This document shows, in pieces, positions 25,119 through 35,195 of a stretch of DNA of 45,505 nt. Every line of letters starts with the position of its first letter. Within the stretch, counting starts at the first letter, position 1. Below the pieces are notes generated by a model. The model did no database searches, had not been told where the DNA came from, and saw only the letters and a program-made list of their open reading frames with translations. The position numbers were made by a program, and so were the translations under genes. This DNA is from a virus. Taxonomy: Duplodnaviria > Caudoviricetes. The DNA lies in IMG/VR virus record IMGVR_UViG_3300046779_000327, positions 1 to 45,505 of that record. One strand, written 5' to 3'.

Positions 25119-26457
25119 AGAAGTCGTTATTGAGTTTGAATACAAGGCACGGGAAGCGTTTAAAGAGTTTCACAAGAGAACACAACGCTGGGCTGTATTG
25201 GTCTGCCATCGAAGGGCAGGTAAGACCGTAGCCAGCATTAATGACCTAATCCGCAGGGCAATTAAAGAAAACAAACCTGACGGCAGGTACTTTTACCTCT
25301 GCCCCTTTTACAGTCAGGCCAAGTCAGTGGCTTGGGACTACTTATTGCGCTTCTCTGAACCTGCTATGGCTAAAGCCAACCAGTCAGAGTTATGGGTAGA
25401 ACTACACAATGGCGCACGAATAAGGCTATTTGGTGCAGATGCGCCTGACAATCTCCGTGGGAATTATTGTGACGGAATCGTGCTTGACGAAATGGCCGAT
25501 ATGAAACCCCGTGTTTGGGGCGAGATTATTAGACCGTTATTAGCTGATCGCCTCGGCTGGGCTGTGTTTATTGGGACTCCCCGTGGGCATAACGCTTTTT
25601 ACGACATATACAGAGAAGCCCAAAACAATGATAGGTGGTATACCAAGACGCTACGAGCAGACCAGTCAGGCTTATTGGCGCAGGAAGAACTCATAGACGC
25701 TCAAGCTTCAATGTCAGCTAACCAGTACGAGCAGGAGTTCCTCTGTAGCTTTGAAGCCGCCATACTGGGCGCATACTACGGTCAGGAGATGCGTAGGATT
25801 ACCGACCTTGACCGCATTACCACGGTGGACTATGACCCAATGTTCCCATGCCATACCGTTTGGGATTTAGGCTTTAATGATTCCACGGCTATCATTTGGT
25901 TTCAGGTCGTATACGGTGAGATACGGGTGCTAGACCACCATATGTCTAACGGTCAAGCCATTCCGTACTACCTTGGACTACTAGCGCAGAAAGAGGATGA
26001 GTACGGGTACAAGTATGGTTATCACTACCTGCCCCATGACGCTAGGGCTAAAACTTTGGCGAGTGGCGGCAAGAGCATAATCGAACAAATTTCGACAAAA
26101 ATTGACATAAACAAGCTAAAAATTGTTCCAAACCTATCACTTCAGGATGGAATACAGGCAACACGACTTGCATTAACCCGTGCTTGGTTCGATAATAAGT
26201 GTGACGAACTTATTGAATGTTTGCGTCAATATCAAAGGGAATGGGATGATGATAAAAAAGTATTTAGAGATCGCCCGAAGCACGATTGGACAAGTCACTC
26301 GGCAGACGCAATGCGCTATCTCAGCATTGTTTGGAAAGATGAGGACAGCCCTATCCTCAAAGATACAAGGGTTAAAGGCTTATCTGTTGGACAAAATGAA
26401 GTGACCCTTGACGAACTATGGAAGCAAACGCCTAAACAAACTTACCGCAGGATATAA
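25111..26457 (+). CDS. terL: Terminase large subunit
   Basis: Walker A HRRAGKT, Walker B GIVLDE, GTPRG, nuclease WDLG and HSADAMRY. Confidence 0.97.
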   Translation: MTEEVVIEFEYKAREAFKEFHKRTQRWAVLVCHRRAGKTVASINDLIRRAIKENKPDGRYFYLCPFYSQAKSVAWDYLLRFSEPAMAKANQSELWVELHNGARIRLFGADAPDNLRGNYCDGIVLDEMADMKPRVWGEIIRPLLADRLGWAVFIGTPRGHNAFYDIYREAQNNDRWYTKTLRADQSGLLAQEELIDAQASMSANQYEQEFLCSFEAAILGAYYGQEMRRITDLDRITTVDYDPMFPCHTVWDLGFNDSTAIIWFQVVYGEIRVLDHHMSNGQAIPYYLGLLAQKEDEYGYKYGYHYLPHDARAKTLASGGKSIIEQISTKIDINKLKIVPNLSLQDGIQATRLALTRAWFDNKCDELIECLRQYQREWDDDKKVFRDRPKHDWTSHSADAMRYLSIVWKDEDSPILKDTRVKGLSVGQNEVTLDELWKQTPKQTYRRI

Positions 26458-26459
26458 AC

Positions 26460-28757
26460 ATGGATCACACCTATCAAGATTGGTATAACATCATCGCTAG
26501 TTATGAGAGGGCGTACAAAGAATGGGAAGCCCGTACTGACCGAATCATCAAGCGGTATCGTGATGACAGCCGTACTAGGAATAACCCTAACGCACGATTC
26601 AATATCCTTTGGTCAAATGTCCAAACGATTACCCCAGCAATCTTTGCTAGACTGCCTCGCCCTGATGTAAGCCGCAGGTTTAGAGATAATGACCCAGTGG
26701 CACGAGTAGCATCCATGATGCTTGAACGGGCATTGGACTATGAGATTACCCATTACGGTGACTACAAGTCCGCTATGAGTCAGTCGGTTTTAGACCGCTT
26801 ACTGGGTGGGCGTGGTACAGCGTGGGTACGCTACGAACCACACATTGCTGGTGAAGCTGGCGGCATGGCTGAAGGTATGCCTGAAGATGGCTTACAAGTA
26901 ACCGAGGATACAGACGAAGCCGAAACCGAAGGCGGCATTTACCGTGAGGATCAGGAGCGCATCGAGTACGAATGTGCGCCCGTTGACTATGTTTACTGGC
27001 GTGACTTTGGTCATACGATTGCCCGTACATGGGAAGAAGTAACTGCTTGCTGGCGCAAGGTCTACATGGAAAGACCTGCCCTTGTTGAGCGTTTTGGTGA
27101 GGAACTGGGTAACAAGATTCCGTTAGACACCAAACCCGAAACATCTAAGACCTTCAACGAAAAGATGGGCGAAGGCGCATCTGAAGCCGTTATCTATGAG
27201 ATTTGGGATAAGACATCGGGCGAGGTCATTTGGCTATCGAAGTCGATGGGTAAGATTCTAGATGTACGACCTGACCCGTTAAAGCTTGAGAACTTTTGGC
27301 CCTGCCCTAAACCACTGTACGCCACACTGACTACAGACAAGCTAGAACCAATCCCTGACTTTACGCTATACCAAGACCAAGCCAAACAGTTAGACACGCT
27401 GGCTGACCGTATTGATGGATTCATTAACGCCTTAAAAGTCCGTGGTGTTTATGACGCATCCGAACCAAGTCTTGCTCGCCTGTTCTCCGAGGGTGAAAAC
27501 AATACCCTGATTCCTGTCAAGAACTATGCCGCCTTCAGTGAGAAGGGTGGAATGATGGGGGCTATTAACCTTGTAGATATTGCACCGATTGCCAATGCCC
27601 TACAGATGTCGTATCAGGCGATGGATCAGGTCAAGAACCAAATCTACGAGATTATGGGTATTGCCGACATCCAGCGTGGACAGACCGACCCCAATGAAAC
27701 CCTTGGCGCACAGATTATCAAGTCAAACAACGCTAGCGGTAGACTAAAGACCATGCAACACGCAGTCGTAGACTTTGCTACCGAACTGCTTTGCATTAAG
27801 GCGCAGATTATCTGCAACCACTTTACCGATGACACCATCGTCAAGATCAGTGGTGCAATGCAACTAAGTCCACAGGATCAAGCATTAATCCCACAAGCTT
27901 TAGCCCTATTGCGTAATGAAGCCGCTAAGAACTTCCGTGTTGAGGTAACCAGCGACTCGATGATATTCCAAGACGAACAGCAGGAAAAAGCTGACCGTCT
28001 AGAGTTCCTATCCGCTATGAGTGGCTTCTTGCAACAGGCAGTGCCAGCATCCCAAGCTAACCCTGAACTTACTCCAATGTTGGTCGAGATGCTGAAGTTT
28101 GGTGTCACCGCATTCAAGGCAGGTAAAGGCTTAGAGGGCATGATTGACGAAACCGCTGACAAGTTCCGTGAACAGGCGAAGATGGCAGAAGGACAACCCA
28201 AACCACCTAGCCCTGAACAAATGAAGCTTGAGATGCAGATGCAGATTGAGCAAGCCAAGATGCAAGCAGAAGCACAGAAGATGCAGATGCAACAACAAAT
28301 TGAACAGGCTAAGATTCAAGGTCAGATTGAACTGGAGAAGGCTAAACAGGAGTACCAAGCCCAAGAAAACCAGCTTAAGTTCCAGCTTGAGGATCAGCGC
28401 AACCGTGAGCAGATGCAGATGGAGATGGACTTGGAGCAGACCAAGATGGATTCTGCCAATAACAAGGAACTGCTCCTTGCCTACCTCAACAATGCGGCTA
28501 AGATAGAAACCACCCGTATTACGGCAGGACTAGACACGGGCGAGCAAGCATATGCTGACAATGTACAGATGGCTAACATTTTGCAAGACCAATTAGGATA
28601 TTCCGATATGAAAAACCACCCACTACAACCTGCAATTGAAAGTATGCACATGAGCAACCAGCAATTAGCGCAGATGTTGGCTACATTACTAGAGAAACTT
28701 AGCCAGCCCAAGACTGTGGTTCGAGGACAAGACGGTAAGATTATTGGAGTCCAATAA
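26460..28757 (+). CDS. Portal protein with P22-like C-terminal barrel coiled coil
   Basis: 765 aa directly after terL; ETLGAQIIK motif; Q/M-rich heptads. Confidence 0.9.
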   Translation: MDHTYQDWYNIIASYERAYKEWEARTDRIIKRYRDDSRTRNNPNARFNILWSNVQTITPAIFARLPRPDVSRRFRDNDPVARVASMMLERALDYEITHYGDYKSAMSQSVLDRLLGGRGTAWVRYEPHIAGEAGGMAEGMPEDGLQVTEDTDEAETEGGIYREDQERIEYECAPVDYVYWRDFGHTIARTWEEVTACWRKVYMERPALVERFGEELGNKIPLDTKPETSKTFNEKMGEGASEAVIYEIWDKTSGEVIWLSKSMGKILDVRPDPLKLENFWPCPKPLYATLTTDKLEPIPDFTLYQDQAKQLDTLADRIDGFINALKVRGVYDASEPSLARLFSEGENNTLIPVKNYAAFSEKGGMMGAINLVDIAPIANALQMSYQAMDQVKNQIYEIMGIADIQRGQTDPNETLGAQIIKSNNASGRLKTMQHAVVDFATELLCIKAQIICNHFTDDTIVKISGAMQLSPQDQALIPQALALLRNEAAKNFRVEVTSDSMIFQDEQQEKADRLEFLSAMSGFLQQAVPASQANPELTPMLVEMLKFGVTAFKAGKGLEGMIDETADKFREQAKMAEGQPKPPSPEQMKLEMQMQIEQAKMQAEAQKMQMQQQIEQAKIQGQIELEKAKQEYQAQENQLKFQLEDQRNREQMQMEMDLEQTKMDSANNKELLLAYLNNAAKIETTRITAGLDTGEQAYADNVQMANILQDQLGYSDMKNHPLQPAIESMHMSNQQLAQMLATLLEKLSQPKTVVRGQDGKIIGVQ

Positions 28758-30904
28758 TGCCTATAACAGTCAAGCACACCAAAGTATCAGCAATCCCTGA
28801 TGCTGGAGATGCAAACCTAGTACAGCCATCCGATTGGAATGCTGACCATACCCTAGTCGGTCTAGGCACGATGGCAGAGCAAGATGCCAATGCGGTAGCA
28901 ATCACAGGCGGCACAATCAGTGGGGTGACTATCCCTGCATCCAATGTCACAGGTACGCTACAGGTTAACCAAGGCGGTACAGGGGCAACAACCCTGACAG
29001 GCTATGTCAAGGGCGCAGGAACTACTGCCCTGACAGCATCCTCGACCATTCCCAATACAGACATTACGGGTCTAGGCACTGCATCGACCAAGGATGCTGG
29101 GGCGGCTAACGGTGTGGCAACCCTAGATGCTGGCGGTAAAGTACCTGTTTCTGAACTTCCTGCCGCAGTTCTAGGCGCACTTAGCTATCAAGGAACTTGG
29201 AATGCAAACACTAATACCCCTACTCTTACTTCCTCTACTGGCACTAAAGGTTATTACTATGTTGTCAGCGTTGCTGGTAATACTAACCTTGACGGGATCA
29301 CTGATTGGCTTGTGGGCGATTGGGCAGTTTATAACGGAACTGTTTGGCAAAAGGTCGATAACACCGAAACGGTAACCTCGGTCAATGGTCAAGTCGGTGC
29401 AGTCGTATTAACGGCATCCGATGTCGGAGCGCAACCAGCAGGAACTTATGTTACATCGGTATCGGCTACCAGCCCTGTTACCAGTTCAGGCGGTACAACG
29501 CCTACGATTGCTATGCCAGCCGCCAACGGAACAACCAATGGCTACCTGACCAGCACAGATTGGACTACATTTAGCACCATTTCTAGTGGTGGTGTTGTTG
29601 GCCCTGCATCTGCAACCGATAACGCAATTACTCGTTTTGATGGCACGACAGGTAAGTTAGTACAAAACTCAACCGTAACCCTTGATGACAATGGCAACAT
29701 CATTAACGCCAATTCGCTTGGGTTAGATACAACCCCAGCAACCGTACCAACAACCGTAGGCACAATGTCTTGGGATGATGGCGATGGAGTGCCGATTGTT
29801 GCCCTGAAAGGTGGCAATGTCAATCTGCAAGTCGGTACGCAAGAACTAGCACGGGTTTATAACGATAGCGGTACAACCTTAACCAAAGGTCAAGTAGTCT
29901 ATATTTCAGGATCACAAGGTAACCGTGTAGCTGTTAGATTGGCTAGGGCTAATGTGGAAGCCACATCGTTTGGCACTATTGGCTTAGTCGCTGAAACCAT
30001 GACCAGCGGTGCTGAAGGCTTCATTATCGTATCGGGTGCGCTTTATAAACTAGACACCTCAGGTTTAATTGCAGGTGCTACGGTCTATGTATCGCCCACA
30101 ACGGCTGGCGCATTGACCACCACCAAACCCCAAGCACCTGACCAGCTTGTAGTCGTAGGCTGGGTGGAGCGTGTAGACAATATCGTAGGGTCTATTTATG
30201 TCAAAATTGATAACGGCTACGAACTAGACGAACTGCATGATGTACAGATAACCTCGCCCCAAAGCGGTAACTTGCTGATTTATGATGCAACCACTACCCC
30301 CACAGGCGTATGGAAGAACGCAAACCTAACCGATGGCACAGGCATTACGATTACCGAAGGCGCAGGGTCTATCACTATCGCTAACGCTGGTGTAACCCAA
30401 GCAACCGCAGGTACAGGCATCAGCGTATCGGCAGGAACGGGTAATGTAACTATTACGAATACCGCCCCCGACCAAACGGTTAGCCTAACTGGTGGCACAG
30501 GTATTAGCACTAGCGGTACATACCCTAACTTTACTATTACCAACACCGCACCTGACCAAACTGTAAGCATCTCGGCAGGTACAGGAATATCGGTATCAGG
30601 TACTTACCCTAACTTTACGGTTACCAATACCTCGCCCGATGTACCGTTTACCTACACGACTAACTACATTCCGTATGGTCAAGGCACAACCACGCCCAAT
30701 CAATCGGCTAATTTGACCTTTGATGGCACTACCCAAACCGCCCCAATCCAACGGGCAAGTAACGGTATTGTGACCAACAATAAGACCATCGGCACTAGCT
30801 TTACTATTCCGTCTACGGATAACGCTATGTCAGCAGGGCCAGTAACTCTTTCGAGTGGCGTAACCGTTACCGTTTCTAGTGGGTCACGCTGGGTAGTTCT
30901 GTGA
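28757..30904 (+). CDS. Head fibre / multidomain Thr-Gly-rich fibre protein
   Basis: GVATLDAGGKVP, YQGTWNANTNTP, cement-like domain, ~28-aa repeats, C-terminal RWVVL module. Confidence 0.7.
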   Translation: MPITVKHTKVSAIPDAGDANLVQPSDWNADHTLVGLGTMAEQDANAVAITGGTISGVTIPASNVTGTLQVNQGGTGATTLTGYVKGAGTTALTASSTIPNTDITGLGTASTKDAGAANGVATLDAGGKVPVSELPAAVLGALSYQGTWNANTNTPTLTSSTGTKGYYYVVSVAGNTNLDGITDWLVGDWAVYNGTVWQKVDNTETVTSVNGQVGAVVLTASDVGAQPAGTYVTSVSATSPVTSSGGTTPTIAMPAANGTTNGYLTSTDWTTFSTISSGGVVGPASATDNAITRFDGTTGKLVQNSTVTLDDNGNIINANSLGLDTTPATVPTTVGTMSWDDGDGVPIVALKGGNVNLQVGTQELARVYNDSGTTLTKGQVVYISGSQGNRVAVRLARANVEATSFGTIGLVAETMTSGAEGFIIVSGALYKLDTSGLIAGATVYVSPTTAGALTTTKPQAPDQLVVVGWVERVDNIVGSIYVKIDNGYELDELHDVQITSPQSGNLLIYDATTTPTGVWKNANLTDGTGITITEGAGSITIANAGVTQATAGTGISVSAGTGNVTITNTAPDQTVSLTGGTGISTSGTYPNFTITNTAPDQTVSISAGTGISVSGTYPNFTVTNTSPDVPFTYTTNYIPYGQGTTTPNQSANLTFDGTTQTAPIQRASNGIVTNNKTIGTSFTIPSTDNAMSAGPVTLSSGVTVTVSSGSRWVVL
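30455..30640 (+). repeat. ~84-bp coding tandem repeat (TNTAPDQTVS...GTGIS.SGTYPNFT)
   Basis: Two full units plus a partial third unit in the fibre protein. Confidence 0.8.
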
Positions 30905-31383
30905 GTTTTGCTACCGCTTTCCAAGCTAATGCGTTTCAAAATAACGCATTCCAAATCTACACACCGCCACCATCTACGGGCAAGGTAGGCGGTGACGATG
31001 CGTCTTGGACAGAAGATGATTTAAAAAGATTACGCAAACTGTCCGCAAAGATTGCTGACCGTCAGCGCAAACTTGAGAAGGCAGTTAAAGAAGCAAACGA
31101 TGCAAGAAAACAAGCGTTCAAGGATTTGATTGATCCTGCGCCTGTTGCAAAAGTTAAGAAAGCTAAAGTACAATCCAAACAAGAGGTTAAGGCTGATATA
31201 CCGTCAGACGATACACTAGAGTTACAGCGGTCTATAAGCTACCTTGAAAGACAACGGGATAACATCCTTGCGGCAGTAGCTTACAGACACCAGCAATATC
31301 TCATTCAAGAGCAATTGCGAGTAATGGAAGCCAAACGCCAAGAGGAACTTGACGATGAGGCGGCATTATTACTACTTCTGTAA
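30901..31383 (+). CDS. Conserved head-region protein
   Basis: GTGA coupling; FQANAFQNNAFQ start and DDEAALLLLL end. Confidence 0.7.
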   Translation: MSFATAFQANAFQNNAFQIYTPPPSTGKVGGDDASWTEDDLKRLRKLSAKIADRQRKLEKAVKEANDARKQAFKDLIDPAPVAKVKKAKVQSKQEVKADIPSDDTLELQRSISYLERQRDNILAAVAYRHQQYLIQEQLRVMEAKRQEELDDEAALLLLL

Positions 31384-32273
31384 GTGCAGACGCACAATAT
31401 AAGTTAGCTTACGAACACCTACACGCTGGCAGATACGAGGCTGGATTCCGATTATTTGAATATCGGTGGCATCCTGACATCATTGCCCAGCAAGCCCAGC
31501 CCTACGCACCTGCATTAAAGATGCCTGTATGGAGAGGTGAACCCTTAATGGGTAAATCCATCACCGTACAGATGGAGCAAGGCTTTGGTGACATCCTGAT
31601 GTTTGCCCGATTCCTACCTGCGCTCAAGGCTTTGGGTGCAAAACAAGTCGTAGTCCTACAAGAAAGCAGTCTGCATCACCTTTTAGGGCAGATTCACAGC
31701 GTAGATGTGTTCTCAAATAGCCTAGAAGAAGGCGTAGCCACCCAATCTGACTACTGGATCGGGTCAATTTCGCTACCGTATTACATTTCGCTGTCGCATC
31801 CGCTGGTAAAAGCCATGTTTCCAGTAACTCGCAAGAAAATTGTGGGTTCTGAGGGTTACTTACACGCCTTGCCAAGCAATATTCCACCCAAAATCGGGGT
31901 AAATTGGGAAGCAAGCAAGCAAACCCTGTACTACATCAAGTCAATTGACTACCGACATATGCACGAATTGGTCGGAGATGACGCTTATAGCCTAAATCCC
32001 AAGTCAGATGGGCTATTTCACCCCCTGCCTAACGATGGATGGAAAACAAACTGGGTGCAAACCGCATCCCATATGAAAGCCATGAAGGGAATCGTCACCG
32101 TAGACACAGGAACAGCGCATTTAGCTGGCGCATTGGGCGTAAAGTGCGTGGTTTTACTGCCAAAAGAGGAATTTGTCTGCTGGAGATGGAAAAATGCCCG
32201 TTGGTACGACAGTATTTGCGTACTTAGACCCCATGAATACGACCAATTACCTGACATCATAAGGAGAATGTAG
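31365..32273 (+). CDS. GT-B glycosyltransferase (TPR-associated GT9-like); start uncertain
   Basis: EQGFGDILMFARF and TVDTGTAHLAGALG motifs; in-frame TPR-like segment upstream of the first ATG (31521). Confidence 0.8.
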   Translation: MITTSVSADAQYKLAYEHLHAGRYEAGFRLFEYRWHPDIIAQQAQPYAPALKMPVWRGEPLMGKSITVQMEQGFGDILMFARFLPALKALGAKQVVVLQESSLHHLLGQIHSVDVFSNSLEEGVATQSDYWIGSISLPYYISLSHPLVKAMFPVTRKKIVGSEGYLHALPSNIPPKIGVNWEASKQTLYYIKSIDYRHMHELVGDDAYSLNPKSDGLFHPLPNDGWKTNWVQTASHMKAMKGIVTVDTGTAHLAGALGVKCVVLLPKEEFVCWRWKNARWYDSICVLRPHEYDQLPDIIRRM

Positions 32274-32668
32274 TGCTAGTAAAGATAAAAGTTACCTGTC
32301 CACACTGCAAAGTCGAGCATGAGGAGTACGACCAAAGCCAGTTTGATGACCGTGAAAAGTACCTGTCTTACTGGAATCTACCGTTTGAGGGCGAGGAAGC
32401 TGATCGGGCATGGCGGCAAAAGCTGGAAATGACACCCAAAGAAGCCCCCACGGTTATTCCTGATATTGAGGGTCACATTAGCATGGCTGACGGCACATGG
32501 ATTTCTAGCCGTTCAAAGCACCGTGAGAACCTTAAACGCAATAACTGCATTGAACTGGGTAACGATGTACCCATGCAACAAAAGACGCACGAACTTAGCC
32601 GCAGGGAACAGGAAGCCCGTAAGCGGCAGATTGCAGAAATTGCGTATTCCAAACTTAACTACCGATAG
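32273..32668 (+). CDS. Conserved head-region protein with CxxC
   Basis: AAGGAG RBS; CPHC; PDIEGHISMADGTWISSRSKHRENLKRNNCIELGND. Confidence 0.7.
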   Translation: MLVKIKVTCPHCKVEHEEYDQSQFDDREKYLSYWNLPFEGEEADRAWRQKLEMTPKEAPTVIPDIEGHISMADGTWISSRSKHRENLKRNNCIELGNDVPMQQKTHELSRREQEARKRQIAEIAYSKLNYR

Positions 32669-32677
32669 GAGCATCAA

Positions 32678-33781
32678 ATGGCTGACGAATTAGATAGACG
32701 GGAACTCTTGGAGTCCGCATTAGAACAAGCTGAAGAAGGCACACTTGAAGCACCTGAAGAAAAGGAGATTGAAGTAAATGACGATCCAATCGAAGCCGAA
32801 AGCAGTGAAGAAAGTAACGAAGAAACTCCCGACCGTGACGAAAAAGGTCGCTTCAAAGCAAAGCAAGAAGCCAGCGCAGAAGTCGATACCGAAGCCGATC
32901 CCGTTGAAGAACCTGAACCTGTGGCAGAAGTTTCTGCTGTGGCTGAAGAAGTAAAACGCCCAACCACATGGAAGAAGGAATATCTAGAAGTTTGGGAGAA
33001 GATGAAGGAAGGCAAACCGCTAGACAAGGCAGAGTTTGCTAAGTTTGCTGAATACGCTAACCAGCGTGAAGCCGAGTACAAAAAGGGCGTATCTGCCTAT
33101 AAAGCTGAAGCCGACAATGCTAGACAGCTAACCGAGGCAATTGGCCCATTCATTCCTGAACTTCAAAAGCACGGCATTCATCCCGTATCTTGGATACAAA
33201 GTCTAGGTCGGGCGCATTACACGCTGGTTAATGGAACTTACGATCAGAAGATACAGATGTTCCATAGACTTGCACAAGATTATGGAATACAATTAAATTC
33301 AGATAGCTTACAAACGGCTGAACAGCCGTATGTAGACCCGTATCAACAGCAGTTAATGCAACAGCTACAGGCAACTCAACAGCAGGTGCAACAACTGTCA
33401 GCGATTCGGGAGCAAGAAGAAAATGCTCGTTTGATGTCAGAAATTGAACGGGTAAGCAGTAACAAGGAGCGGTTTCCGCACTTTGACATGGTAAGGGAAG
33501 ATATGGCTCAATTACTTGAGCGAGGTATAGCCCAAGACCTTGAAACGGCTTATGCCAAAGCGGTGCGTATTAACGATGAAGTTTACAAGCTGGAGCAGGA
33601 AAGACTCCTGAAGTCAGCAGGTACTCAAGCATCTAAGGCACAGCAAGTAGCAAAAGCTAAAGCAACTGCTGTTAGTCCAAAGTCCGTTACTCCTAGCGGT
33701 CAAGTAGCTAAGACAGATGCAAAGGACAGACGCTCATTGCTGATGGCTAATTTAGCCGATGCAGAGGGCGGTAGGGTTTAA
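32678..33781 (+). CDS. Capsid scaffolding protein
   Basis: Acidic N-terminus with RDEKGRF, coiled coils, immediately upstream of the MCP. Confidence 0.85.
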   Translation: MADELDRRELLESALEQAEEGTLEAPEEKEIEVNDDPIEAESSEESNEETPDRDEKGRFKAKQEASAEVDTEADPVEEPEPVAEVSAVAEEVKRPTTWKKEYLEVWEKMKEGKPLDKAEFAKFAEYANQREAEYKKGVSAYKAEADNARQLTEAIGPFIPELQKHGIHPVSWIQSLGRAHYTLVNGTYDQKIQMFHRLAQDYGIQLNSDSLQTAEQPYVDPYQQQLMQQLQATQQQVQQLSAIREQEENARLMSEIERVSSNKERFPHFDMVREDMAQLLERGIAQDLETAYAKAVRINDEVYKLEQERLLKSAGTQASKAQQVAKAKATAVSPKSVTPSGQVAKTDAKDRRSLLMANLADAEGGRV

Positions 33782-33804
33782 CTTAACTTAATAAAGGAAA
33801 TATC

Positions 33805-34788
33805 ATGGCATTTGCTAATAGTGCAATTACCGATATTATCGCTACCACCATTCAAAGCCGTAGCGGTGTATTGGCCGACAACTTGACGCAGAACAACGCA
33901 GTGCTTCAGCGTCTTAACTCAAAGGGCAATGTACGCCCATTCTCAGGCGGTAATGTAATCCTTGAGGAAATCATGTACAACGATCCAAATACGAACAATG
34001 TTAATTCGTATAGCGGATACGAAGTTTTAAATATTACCCCTGATAGCCCAATCTCTGCGGCACAATTCAGCATTACTCAGTACGCTGACTCTGTAACCAT
34101 GAGTGGTCTAGAGATGCTCCAAAACTCGTCTAAAGAAGCAATCATCGACCTGTTAGATGGTCGTATGCAAGTTTCTGAAGCCCGTCTTTTGAACCGCATT
34201 TCGGGTGATATTTATGGAGATGGAACTGGCAATGGCGGCAAGAACATTACGGGACTTGCGGCCGCAGTAGCTGTTTCTAACACTACAGGTACTTACGGTG
34301 GTATCAATCGTGCGAACTGGGCGTTTTGGCAAAACCAATCCAGCACTGGCGCAGATTCTTCTACTGTAATCCAAGCCGCTATGACTTCTGCCGCAATCAA
34401 GTCCGTTCGTGGAACTGATAAGGTAGACCTCATCATCGCTGGTAACACCCTGTATCAACGCTATGTTGCATCCTTACAAGCTATCCAGCGTATTGCTGGT
34501 GTAGACGAAGGTGCGGCTGGTTTTGCTTCTTTGAAGTTCTACGGTGGCGGTATGTCTGCTGATGTAGTACTCGGTGGCGGTATTGGCGCACAAGAGAATC
34601 CGCTTTATATGTATCTCTTGAACACCAATTACATTTTCTTCCGCCCACACAAAGAGCGTAATTTCGTTCCTATCGGTGGCGAGCGTCAATCGATTAACCA
34701 AGATGCAATCGTGAAGCTGTATGGCTGGGCCGGTAACCTTACTTGCTCTAATGCTTCATTGCAAGGTGTCTTGACTGGTACAGCTTAA
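33805..34788 (+). CDS. Major capsid protein
   Basis: MAFANSAITDIIATTIQSRSGVLADN...SGGNVILEEIMY; strong RBS; position and size. Confidence 0.92.
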   Translation: MAFANSAITDIIATTIQSRSGVLADNLTQNNAVLQRLNSKGNVRPFSGGNVILEEIMYNDPNTNNVNSYSGYEVLNITPDSPISAAQFSITQYADSVTMSGLEMLQNSSKEAIIDLLDGRMQVSEARLLNRISGDIYGDGTGNGGKNITGLAAAVAVSNTTGTYGGINRANWAFWQNQSSTGADSSTVIQAAMTSAAIKSVRGTDKVDLIIAGNTLYQRYVASLQAIQRIAGVDEGAAGFASLKFYGGGMSADVVLGGGIGAQENPLYMYLLNTNYIFFRPHKERNFVPIGGERQSINQDAIVKLYGWAGNLTCSNASLQGVLTGTA

Positions 34789-34814
34789 TCCATTGATTAG
34801 AAAGGAAAAATATC

Positions 34815-35108
34815 ATGGCATATTCAGTTCTCCCGATTGCTGGCGTTGACTTAAACAATGTCGCAAACACCAACCCTAATTCGGCTGGTACAGCAATTCC
34901 CACCTTTGGCCCACTCGGAGCAGAAACATTCGGTAACGATGGTTTCCGTTATGTTTTCGCTCAAGCGGCTGTGGCTATTGGTGCATCAACCGCTACTTGC
35001 GTAATCAACGCTTCCACATTCCAAGCTACCTTGGGTGCTGGTACATATTTGTCAGGTGCTTCTATGGCATCAGGCGATTATGGATGGTTTAGCAAGGCTA
35101 GTGTTTAA
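34815..35108 (+). CDS. Capsid decoration/cement protein
   Basis: 97 aa after the MCP; same RBS context (AAGGAAA..ATCATGGCAT); GDYGW motif. Confidence 0.7.
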   Translation: MAYSVLPIAGVDLNNVANTNPNSAGTAIPTFGPLGAETFGNDGFRYVFAQAAVAIGASTATCVINASTFQATLGAGTYLSGASMASGDYGWFSKASV

Positions 35109-35130
35109 TAGCTTTTTGTAGTAAAAACGA

Positions 35131-35166
35131 GGGGTTACCTTAACTGGTAGCCCCTTTTTTCCTTTT
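35131..35166 (+). terminator. Rho-independent terminator
   Basis: GGGGTTACC-ttaact-GGTAGCCCC followed by TTTTTT. Confidence 0.85.
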
Positions 35167-35195
35167 AACAACCTAATACCTTAGGAGAATTAAAA

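Noticed and set aside
28228-28450. CAGATG-rich repeats as a DNA repeat element
   Set aside because: Explained by the Gln/Met coiled-coil barrel of the portal protein.
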